A DNA stretch of 60,625 nt from Vitrella brassicaformis CCMP3155. Lineage: Eukaryota; Protista; Chromerida. A program made the position numbers and the translations under genes. The stretch spans positions 1-60,625 of the forward strand of contig CDMY01000516.1 of NCBI GenBank assembly GCA_001179505.1. Direction: 5' to 3'. The notes under the pieces are model-generated. The model was given only the letters and a program-made list of their open reading frames with translations. It did not search any database and was not told the DNA's origin. This document shows, in pieces, positions 31,118-41,924 of the stretch (position 1 is its first letter; each line of letters begins with the position of its first letter).

Positions 31118-32203
31118 TACACTCACACATGCGATCAATCCACACACCGAGCGACAAGACCTTCAATTGAAGTGGCGACTGACTGTACGGGCCGGGCCTG
31201 CCTTTTGTAAATATCTTTCCACGTACCAACCAGCTGCGGCAGTGCAGTACCTTAGTAGCTCGCCACCTACCTCGCTGGCGGCATCCATCAGTGCGGTGGA
31301 TCTGATTTGGTTGGCGGGCTAAGCTTAGGTGGGTGGGGCGTGTAGCAACATCCATCCATGTGTGGCGAGGGCGAGACGAGACGAGGCGCAGCGTAGAGTG
31401 AGCGTGAATGCATGCGATGGCGGTTTCCTTCCTTTTTAAGTGAGTGGGAGAGAGCCGGCCTTCTGTCCGTGGGCGCGGGGTCGGGTGTGCCTGACTAGCC
31501 ATTCTGGTGATACCGATTGAGTGATCCGAGTCTCTGTCTGTCTGTTTCCTTCCTCCTAGTATCCTTTCGTGTCTCAATATCTGATATTGATGGTTTTGTC
31601 TGAGTGTCTGAGTGAGTGCCTTTGGTTATCAGTCAGCTCCTTAGTTGGCTTGCTTCCTTAATGACCGACCCTTTTTGCCGTTTTGGCCCCCTCTCCCCCC
31701 TCCCCCCTCTCTACCCTCCGTCTGTCTCCCGTCCTTGCTTCTTCCTTCTTGCTATGAGTACTCATGCATGTGTTGTGCTGTTCTGCCACATTGGACATCA
31801 ACTCACTGCAGAAGAGGTACACTATACACACGCAGATAGATATGATCACCGTGCAAATATGCAGATAGATCAGGTGGATGATGCAGCGACACGCACGTAC
31901 CACCAGGATACGATGCATGTCATACGTGCGCCTATCGACACACAGAGTAATCTAAGCTTGATCAATCAAACAATTGCCAAACCAAAAAGTACACGTACTT
32001 GCAGTGCAAAAATTACTCAGAGGCTACACTCAGTAAAGCCACACGACGCCATGTATGTGGGAGGCGCCCTCCCTCCTCCCGTCTCGCTCTTCCTCGCCCC
32101 CACACACGACGCAGCAGCTCAGAAGAAGACAGCGCTCAGACACGTATGTCATGCAGAAAGAAGACAGCGTTCAGAAGGCAGATATGTCCACTCACTCACT
32201 CGT

Positions 32204-33449
32204 CTACTTGCAGCCGAGAGACAAGAAGAACTCCTCGCAGGCTTCCATTTCAAGGTCGACATACATATCCTCAGCTGGCTCCTCGATAATCCCTTCCTCC
32301 TCCTCACTCTCTTCTTCTTCTTCCTCTTCACTGGCCTCGTCTCCCTCGTCCATTGGCGGAGACGGCGCCACTCGCGTTGAGAAGGCGTCGTAGTCATCAA
32401 ATACACCGGCAGGGGCCTCCTCCTCGTATCGATTTGGCCTGATCACCCTGAAGGTGTAGTTGCAGATCTGGCGTGCAGGCGGCTGTGTGGGCGGGGGCGG
32501 CTGCCGATGCTGTTCTTCTACTGGGAAGGGGTACGTCAGGCGGGGCCTCTGCGCCAGGCCATAGGTCGGATCCAGAGGGCCGATCTCGTGGAGATGGTCG
32601 ATGATAGGCTCTGTTTGTCCTTTTGCAGGTCGTTTGGCCAGCCTCATGTCGGCACTGCAAAAGAAGAAAACAACGCGCAAAAAAGAGAGATTAGGGGCCT
32701 GGCTCAGCGAGTGGATGACGTGCTACCTGAGTGAAGCGCCGAACGCTCCGACAAAGATCATCTTGTGAGGGGCAACCTGCTTCTTGATGTGCTACAGGGT
32801 GGGCTTGAAGTCCGCATCACCGCTGAACAGTATCACGCCATGCACATCAGGCTCGACGGCCGCCTGCGTCAGGAACGAGGCGATCAGCGGGTCGGCTCCC
32901 TTCTGCACGAGGTGGCACAGATTCGCCTTACAGCCGTAGCACTTGACTCTCTTCGGCTTGAGGCCAATCTGCTTGACTTCGAGGTTGAAGTGTGCCCTCT
33001 GGCTTGACAAGTCCCAATGAAGCCATGCCAGCTTGTTCCTATCGTTTTCCGCTCGCTGAAGCTGACGCTCGAGTGCGGCGCCGGTATAGCGGCTGGGGAG
33101 GGACCACGCCGTGTCGTCCAGATGTCTCTTGGGATCCACATTGACGAAGATGATGTGGCCGTCCACCAGCTGAATCGGGTGATCGGTCTTGGCTGCGAAG
33201 TCGGTGATCATGCCGAGGACGAGGCCTTCGAACTCTGAATGGTGAGGATTGACCTTCCTTGTCTGCCGCTGCTTCTTCTCATACTTGTACCAGCCCTGGA
33301 TAAAGTTGGCGCCGTCCACGATGAGCGCACAGCGAAGTACACGCTGAGGAAACAGAAGCGCACACACGCATATTCAGCCTCACAGCGCACTAGCGCCACT
33401 GCCATGGCCTTACTTGCTGTGACGAGCGGTGTGCTGAGGACCTGGCCAT
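32204..33449 (-). CDS. NYN (LabA/DUF88, PIN-like) RNase with a CxxC insert and acidic tail, interrupted by an in-frame TAG at 32794-32792 (pseudogene or readthrough)
   Basis: Exons 33449-33414, 33343-32727 and 32654-32204. Motifs LIVDGAN, KCYGC, VQKGADPLIA and LFSGDADF; after the TAG the frame continues HIKKQVAPHKMIFVGAFGASLS|ADMRL. Confidence 0.8.
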
Positions 33450-33750
33450 CGTCAAAACGACCTGAAGGAGAAAAGATTGTGTACGCGGTGTTTCAAAGGC
33501 TCCCGGAGAGGTGCAAAGGCTCCCGGCTCAAAGTTCTCCGGAGAGGCATGGGCTCAGTAGACCGCAAGTTGTATGCATGCGATCGGTCGAACGCCGCTTG
33601 GCCGGGAAACTGGAGCTGGCCGGCGATTTTCTGGCCGAAACGAAGCCGAACGTTTGCTTACCTCATCAGCCCACGATAACAAGCTGATTCCTTAGGAATG
33701 CATTCAGAAGCTACACCGCTATCCCACGAACCATTGAATTGACCATCATC

Positions 33751-35291
33751 ATGGCGGACGATGCAGCGGGCCACATCGGATTCCACCCTCCTCAGCACGA
33801 CGGATCATCACCAGCCCCCATCCCCAATATCCACACGACGTATCACGCCCTCAAAGCTGGGGAGGCCCGGTGGGCACCGAGAGTGGTCAGCGGGGTCCTC
33901 TGGTGGCTTTCTCTCGGTGCCGTCACGTCCATTGTCCTGCTATCCTTGGTGAGAGGAGTACCATTCACGAAAGAAGACCCCGCGCCACTACAATAATGCA
34001 TTCCTTCGTGCAGGGACTTGAATCATACGCCGCCCTGCCGGTGTGTGTCGGCTTCCTGCCGTTGCTCATTCTCTCCTTCGTGTTGGTGCTGCGGTGGCTG
34101 GGGCTGGTGCTGAGCCGCCCCGAGTCTGTGCGTCACGCCGTGGAGGTGTCGCGGGTTCTGCTCGTGACCTGGAAGGAGGTGGCGGGCCTGCAGCTGTACC
34201 TGATGCTGGTCCTGCCGACGTTAATTATGCTACTACTGAGGGCCTTTGGCATTCTACTGACGCCTGCCGGTGAGCGCAGCGTGCGCATGGGATGGGCAGA
34301 CGTTGGTGTGTCTGTGGCGTCATGGATGTTCTGTCCTTTGTTTGCGCAGTGGGGGTCCTTTCGCCATTGGTATTGCTGGGGGTGTGTCATTTGATAGCAT
34401 GCGCCTGTCTGAAGGAGCCCGACGTCAATCCCACCGTGTCGGCGTGCGCAGGAGTACGTATGCAATACACACACCCACACGACGGCACAATCCCACATCA
34501 TGAATGATTCGATCTGTGTACATGTTCCCTTTCCTTGGTGCCCTCTCCCTGTGCAGTTGTATCTGGTCGCACAGGTCTGTGTACTGATATTGCGGCTTGA
34601 CGGCCACTACACGGCCCCCTGGACGGCTGTGCTGGTGCCGACCTTCCTTCTCTTCGGCGTGGTGTTTGTGCTGGCCGTCAAGAGCCGGCTCTTTCTCATA
34701 GTCCGCCTGCGGCTGCTGCAGTCACAATCGGCCCGTACGCCCCTCCTGGCGCCCAGACGCATCCAGGCCATTGACGAGTCGCGGATGCTGTCGCTGGCCG
34801 AGGAGTACCATAGGGTGCTGCTGATGTGCAGAATGGCCACCACTGCCATCGTCGCCATGCCGTGCTTGCTAATGGCAACGCTGATAGCCTCGCTGACGGT
34901 GGATGGCCTCATCCGGGAGACACCTGACCTGTGGGCGGTGGATGGGGTGTTTGTGGTGGTGTGGCTGGCGGTGTCTTGGAAGGTGATTGCGTATTGGAGC
35001 TTCACGTGTTCGCCGCTTATTCACAGCATGTGGGCACAGGACAAATGGATCTGGTGAGCGATGCATGTCTGCTGTGCAGCTCAGCTGTGGGTAAAGTAAG
35101 TAGATGGGAGACCTTCAAAACCCATGACGGGACGGTGTGCGTCTGTGTGCGTCTCCGTCTCGTGCCTGTTTGGCGTTCTATCCGTCGATTCGATGGGCGT
35201 GGGTGGGTGCATGGAGTAGATGGGAGACCGACCTCATGTGTGTCTGTGTGTTTCTGTGTGTGTGTGTACAGTTTGCATAACGATGATGTGA
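33751..35291 (+). CDS. Multi-pass membrane protein, TMEM185/TMEM60-like
   Basis: Several hydrophobic segments across spliced exons. VLILRLDGHYTAPWTAVLVPTF resembles the TMEM185 family 'L.LDG..W..VF.P' repeat. The 3' end is approximate. Confidence 0.6.
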
Positions 35292-35511
35292 TAGATCGTT
35301 GGATACGCGCGGAACATCGCCACAGACTCGTCCAGCAGTACCTCCGTCCATGTGTCTGCTTGTGGACAAAATGCACCGAAGGCTCAGGCACACATCCTCG
35401 TGCAACACACACACATCCCCGGCCGCCCATGCCATGAATGCGTGAATGCACTCACTCACTGCTCTCAGACAAACCGCGGACACACCCACCCAGCACGCAC
35501 GCTCGGACCCC

Positions 35512-35811
35512 NNNNNNNNNNNNNNNNNNNNNNNNNNNNNNNNNNNNNNNNNNNNNNNNNNNNNNNNNNNNNNNNNNNNNNNNNNNNNNNNNNNNNNNNN
35601 NNNNNNNNNNNNNNNNNNNNNNNNNNNNNNNNNNNNNNNNNNNNNNNNNNNNNNNNNNNNNNNNNNNNNNNNNNNNNNNNNNNNNNNNNNNNNNNNNNNN
35701 NNNNNNNNNNNNNNNNNNNNNNNNNNNNNNNNNNNNNNNNNNNNNNNNNNNNNNNNNNNNNNNNNNNNNNNNNNNNNNNNNNNNNNNNNNNNNNNNNNNN
35801 NNNNNNNNNNN
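35512..35811. other. Assembly gap (300 N)
   Basis: N run flanked by C/G homopolymers. Confidence 1.
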
Positions 35812-36048
35812 GGGGGGGGGGGGGGGGGGGAGGGAGGGAAGACTCACTATGAATGCATCTCACCAAAAACTAGAGATGCATTTATTCGGTCTGTAAGACA
35901 CGCACGACATACACCTTCAGCATGTACGCATCGCATCTTAGAAGACCAGCGCCACGCCCGTGGACAAACACGGGGCAACGAAATAGTAAAATAGCATATT
36001 ATATCATTAGTCAATATTGTATTCTATTGCTCGCACCGAGAGAGCACC

Positions 36049-37894
36049 TCACACCAAACAGAGCACTTCGACCCTGTCAGCCATGAAATCCAACTCCCCG
36101 CCCAATATTGCATCACCGTCCTCGTCTATCTTCCCCATACATTCCTTAGGTACATAGCGCTTAGGAGTGTACTGGTGGCAGCGGCGAATGTCGGTGCCAT
36201 CAGTAGCCAACCACAGCGACTCACCCACGCCCAACTTTTCATCCGCCCCGCCCACCCTCACACCCTTCCTGCAACGAATCGGCTTCGGTTTCATGAAGTG
36301 ACCATTGAGCGAGAAAAGACGCACAAATGTCTCGTACTCATGGCTCTTGGTCAGGTCCTCCTGGGGGAGCTGCAGGCCGCCTTCGATGTATGCGCCGAAG
36401 ACGTAGCTGTCTTTGTAGATGACGACGAGCAGCTTCTCCTGGTCGCCAACATGCTCGACCATGTTGTCAAACGATGTGCCGTGCTCATCCGACCTGTGTG
36501 ACAGACATACAAGGGGAGAAAATATTGCTTGATTGTGTATTTGTGACCTACCGGTAGAGTGATCGTGTTGTAATTTCGTTCTCGAACAAGCTGCGCAGCC
36601 CTAGGGCGCGAAGGACTGGAGTGGTGTCCGTAGGCAAAACACGGCCAAAGTTCTGCACAACTCCATCATCAAGGCAACATGAGCATGAGGGAGAGGAGCC
36701 TCGCTGGAGCTTCTTGTGCGTACTTTCAGCCATTTCTGGCAGTACTGCGGCCTGTCCAGCTCAATGGTTTCGACCCTCCACCTGGTCCTATACTCATCTC
36801 TGCGTACAGACACGCCACACGCACAGACGCGCCCATGTGCTGCCGCCCCTGCGCGTGTGTCTGTGTCAAGGCATATTTGTGTGGGTCCGGCCTACGCGAT
36901 GTTGTGAGAGAATCCGACCACGACGACCCGCAGCCCCTGCTTGGAGCATTTGTGGACGCCTTCGTGGAAATCCTTGTCACCAGCAAATCTGACGGAACCG
37001 AAACGAAAAAAGAGCGTATGCATGGCGGTCATAGCCCCCCNNNNNNNNNNNNNNNNNNNNNNNNNNNNNNNNNNNNNNNNNNNNNNNNNNNNNNNNNNNN
37101 NNNNNNNNNNNNNNNNNNNNNNNNNNNNNNNNNNNNNNNNNNNNNNNNNNNNNNNNNNNNNNNNNNNNNNNNNNNNNNNNNNNNNNNNNNNNNNNNNNNN
37201 NNNNNNNNNNNNNNNNNNNNNNNNNNNNNNNNNNNNNNNNNNNNNNNNNNNNNNNNNNNNNNNNNNNNNNNNNNNNNNNNNNNNNNNNNNNNNNNNNNNN
37301 NNNNNNNNNNNNNNNNNNNNNNNNNNNNNNNNNNNNNNNNCCCCCCCCCCCCCCCCCCCTCTGCATGCTTACAGAACGATAATAGTATTCTTCCTCTGCC
37401 CTGTCTGTGCTTTCATTGCTATTTTCTGCAGCTTCATGGCTATATCACAAGCGGTCCCTTCCTCCTGGCCACTCAGCTTGTAGCCGAACAGCTTGACTTT
37501 CCCGCCCTGAAGCCGCACGTCCTCTTGCAGCTCGGCTCGCCTCTGCACAGAGGACAGGGGACGCACATGAGCGCGTGTGGGTGCGCCTGTGCGCCTGTGC
37601 GCCTGTGCGTGAGTGTGTGAGTGTGACTGCTGACCGAATACTGAGGCTTCCCGTCATAAAACTTGACACCTGGAGGCACTTCTAATACATCCGCAATACA
37701 GTCGACGATGCCCTTGAACATCACCCCATTCAATTCAATGCCGTATCTGTCCTTGACGGACTTCTGAACACGCCATACGCATCAGCATAGATCTGTGTGT
37801 TGCCTTCCCCATTTCCGAAGGGTCTTCACGTGTGACTGACCACCATGTATGCCCCATCGACAAGGAAGGGCGACTTGGAGAGAGGCGGCGCCAT
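36049..37894 (-). CDS. NYN domain-TLDc domain fusion protein, 7 exons (one intron spans the gap)
   Basis: Exons 37894-37841, 37763-37635, 37542-37373, 36988-36896, 36799-36724, 36652-36552 and 36493-36049 splice in frame with GT-AG. NYN: FLVDGAYM, KFYDGKP, QEEGTACDIA, IIVLFAGDKDF, RVVVVGFSHNIADEY. TLDc: SLYRSDEHGTSF..LLVVI..YVFGAY..LFSL..DRVEV. Confidence 0.85.
37041..37340. other. Assembly gap (300 N) inside an intron of the NYN-TLDc gene
   Basis: N run flanked by poly-C. Confidence 1.
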
Positions 37895-38697
37895 GGCTGA
37901 TGGGACAGAACGACAGCCTATTACTGTTCAAAAAGTGAAACCGTCTCTTACCCAATCCGCTTGTGCGTTAACGCCATTTGCAATGCCATCATGCGACGTG
38001 TTTCAGCCATGTCCATCCGCCACCCCCATCCATGCATGAGTGAATTCGCAGAGAGAAGCAAGCTGAGAAGTAATTGAGCATGCTCATCGGTCCATTCCAT
38101 TCATTCCCTGAGCCACTGGCTGCTGGCCTGGCTGTTGTCGCTTCGCGTGCACCTTTGACCCATGCATCAGACATCAGATGTGTGTACAGCAGCAGGCAGA
38201 CAGACAGACAGACATCGAGGCATGCCCGGCTTGGCTAAATTCGGGCGTGCGGCCAAGGAAGGAAAAGGCAAACAGGCGGCAAGACAGACAGACAGACAGT
38301 ACATAAGGGTTACGAATCTACACACCAAGCATCCAGACAGACCTGTGTGTGCATCATCATGACCGAATTGACTTGACGTCCCCTCCTCTCGCCCCGTCGA
38401 GTCGGCCAGCCACTCCCCCTCCCTCACACACACACACACACACGCCACATCGCACTCACTCTCCTGTCCCTGGCCGCACTCTCCCAACAGCAGCACACAG
38501 AGACGGCCAGACACCCGACCCGGTGTGGTTACCACACGCTTGTATACAGACAGACATACGTACAGAGCTCGAGAGAGAGAAAGGCACGGAAAAAGCCGTC
38601 AGTAAGGCAGTAAGTCGCTCGGTCAATTGGTCGGCCGATCGGGCCATCGGCCGATGGATGGATGGATGGTGGGCCGGTCGATGCATCCATCCATCCA

Positions 38698-41311
38698 TCA
38701 GTAAGGTTGGGCTAGGTGTCTATCTCGCGGCTTGCGCCGCGCTTTGGTGTCGCTCCCACCGCCACCACTGCTGCTCCCGCTAACAGCACTAACGCCACTA
38801 ACGCCGCTGGCAGCACCAGAAGCACGCCGCTTCTCGTTCGCCACGGCAATGGAGCCGTCTGAAAGACACACACAGAGAGATGGGCTCTGCACTGGGTGGT
38901 GTGTGTGGCGTGGCAAGTGGCCGTGATGGCTTGGCTTGCTCACCCTGGTTCATGACGACCTCAGTCATCTTCCGGAATGAGTATCGCATGTAGGTAGCCT
39001 CGCGGCTGCCCTGGCTGCGACGGGCACCGTTGAACTCGCGGCTGATGGCCGTGGCACTCAGATCTGACACACAACACGACCCACCCAAAGGCACCAGATG
39101 GCATTGAGGGTCCTCCTTCTCTGGTTGGTTGGGGTGGGGAGTACCTACCGAGTGCCTTGGCGGCATCCCGCAGTGAGGTGAAGTATCGCTTGCGAGCCTC
39201 ACCTTTCTCGTCCGTCCAAGTCACCCTGCACACAACACACACACACCACCAACACGAGGGAGGGACACGATGAATGGGAATGCACCACCCGTCCCCCTCT
39301 CTCTCGGCCTCTTTCTTCCTTACTCTAGCGGCGTCGAGTTGGGCGAGCTGGCGTCCCCCTCAAAGCACACAATGCGGTCGCCGATCTCCACCTCCCGCAC
39401 CAGCAAAGTGATCCCGGCAGGCCGACCCACACGTGGGGCACACGAATTGTCAAACGGCGAGGGGGACCGCTTGGCCTTCCGGGGGGAGGCCGGTGACACC
39501 TGCGACAGCACCTCGTGGAAGGGGTGGTCCGGCGCCGCGTCGGCCGCAGGAGGAGCAGCAGCAGGCCGGTCGTGTTGCTGCTTGTTGGCGGGCGACGGTC
39601 CGCGGCTCATCTGGAAGGGGTTGACGGGGTGGACGCGGGGAGGGGGCGAGGGGGGCAGAGCGGTGGAGCAAGGTGTGATGCCACCCACCTGTTTAGTTTG
39701 ACACACGCACAAGACAGACAGAGAGAGATGGTCGTTTGAGTGCATTGCATGGGGTGCTGTGCTGGTGGCGATGCCGCCCCGCCCCGCACCTGTGTGGGGT
39801 TCATGAATTCCGGCTCGTCGTCGCTGGTGGGGATGCGGTCGAAGGCATACACATCACGGTCGCTGATCTGCTTGCGCTTGTTCAGCAGCTGAGACAAATG
39901 AGACTCAACTGCACCACACCACACCACACCAGACACAAACAAATCCCACTGAAATCAGCACGGAGTGTGCCGTTCATTGTGTCGTTCATTGTGTGTCCCC
40001 GCCCTCCCCACGTGTACTGATATTGAGGAAACGTGAGGCCTCTCTCTGCGTGGAGAAGTAATGGCACTTGCCCGTCTCCCGGTGCACGGCGCGTATCTTG
40101 AGGGGCGGCCGCCAACCCAGATACCCGCCACACCCAATTCCAATCCCAATCCCAGCCCCAGCCCCACCCCTGCCCACTCCGCGGCCCTTGCCCTTCCCCT
40201 CCCCAGACGCGTCGCCCTCTTCTTCAGCCCCCACTTCTTCCGCCTCGTCAGGCTGGCCGAGCGTCGCAAGCAGGATCTTCTTGTCGTCGGCGGCCCCCGC
40301 CCCCTCCTCCCTCTCACGCCTGGTCCGTCGGCTCCTGGTCGGGCGACGGCTGAGCTGCCTGGAGACGTCAGCGAGCACGGCCAGGTCTGCGTGGGCGGCC
40401 TCATCTTGCTGCTCGTCTTGGTCCCCCTCGGGAGCCGCCATCTCCACCTCCAAGTCATCCGACCGACCCTTCCTGCTCGCGCGGCCCCGCTGCGCCCGCG
40501 TGACCCGTCTGCAGTCCCTGTTGGGCTGCTCACCCTCCTCATTGCTATCGTCTCTATCCACCGCTCGTGTCCTGCGCTGGCCTCTCAGGCCCTTCTGACG
40601 ACCGGTCGGCTGAATCACGGGCGGCGCCTCGATGCGCAGAGGGCGTCGCTGCGGTGTCGGGTCGTCGTCTTCTGAGGATGAGCTGTCGCCACTGGAGGCA
40701 CTAGAAGAAGCGCTCGGCTGGTCAGGAAATTTACCCCCTCTGCCGCAGTAGCTGTTGATGGTCGGCTGGCGGGCGGGGAACAGCATTGACGAGCGGTGGA
40801 CGGCGGGGCTGGGGGCGGGGGGAGGGGCCAGCCAGAGATTGGGGTTGTGTGAGGGCATCTTCATGGCAGGCGGGTGCGGCGGCTCCATCCACACACCGTC
40901 GTGCATCGTGTGTGGTGGCCCCCTCAGCACCGCTGCTCTTCCCCTCGCGAAAACCTGACCCCCATCGAAAAGAGCCATCGAGTGGTCGCCCATCGTCGGC
41001 GCGTCATCCATGCCGCCGACGAAGCCCCTCGTCGGCGGGTGGGGCTGGAACGGGTCGAAAAAGTAGCCAGGGTGGTGATGAGGGTCGCCGTCATGGTACG
41101 TGTGTGCGAAGGGGGGCGGGTAGTCGTGCGAGGGAGGGCTGACGGGGGGCGGGGTGGAGAGGCGGAGAAAGCGCCGTGAGTGTAGCTGATGGTCCAGCTC
41201 CTCTTGTCCGTCAAAACCGCCGTCGTCTCGCATGTCCACATTCAGCTCCTCCCACCCAGGGATAGAATCCCCCACATGGCTCCAAAAGTCAGCCATCCCA
41301 CTCGATGCCAT
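38698..41311 (-). CDS. Low-complexity protein with two NUMOD1/IENR1-like helix-turn-helix motifs (putative DNA-binding protein)
   Basis: Motif 1: KIRAVHRETGKCHYFSTQREASRFLNI..ESHLSQLLNKRK..VYAF. Motif 2: PLEVTWTDEKGEARKRYFTSLRDAAKALDLSATAISREFNGARR..YSFRK. Both are assembled across GT-AG introns. The rest is Pro/His-rich, acidic and Arg-rich. Confidence 0.75.
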
Positions 41312-41924
41312 GCTGACTGACGGCAGACCACCAGCGCCTAGCCGCGCCAACGCCCACACGTCTGCGAGCCTCAGACGTCGACAGCCGGAGACGGACGGTC
41401 AGTGGTCTTCAGGAGAGGGCTCCAAACGGGCCCACCGGGGTATCTCAGGGCGGCCCGGCGTGCGGCAGAGATGCCAACCGAGGGAAGGACAGCAAGAGAT
41501 GGGCAGAGTGGACCAGCAGCGGTGCTGCCCAATGGCCAGGCAACAGCAAGAAGGCTGTAGTGGTATCTCTTGTGGCCTGCGAAGGGCCTTCACAACGCCG
41601 ACGACACGTGTGGACCGAAATAGATACCCCGGGGAAGAAATGGACGGACAGATCGGGTCAAGGGAGGGGAGCAGAAGGACAGAAGGAGAGAAAGAGGCGA
41701 AAGAAGACGAACGTGTGTGTTCGGTTCAGGCGGGTGGAGCCTGGTTTTAGTGGAGGCATAAAACCAAAAGGGTCACCGGTCCGAAATAACACGCAGCGGA
41801 CTACACTCCATCAGGGATCGTCGGGCCACGCGTCCTTTCAATCGGAGGCTGTTTCGAGTCCTAGCACCCGTAGATCAGCGACTGACCCGTCACGAGGCGG
41901 CGGCTGGAGACGAAGCCGCATGAT

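Noticed and set aside
32776-32795. A 19-nt GT...AG mini-intron that would remove the NYN in-frame TAG
   Set aside because: Removing it shifts the frame to a stop within a few codons and loses the downstream NYN-like motif.
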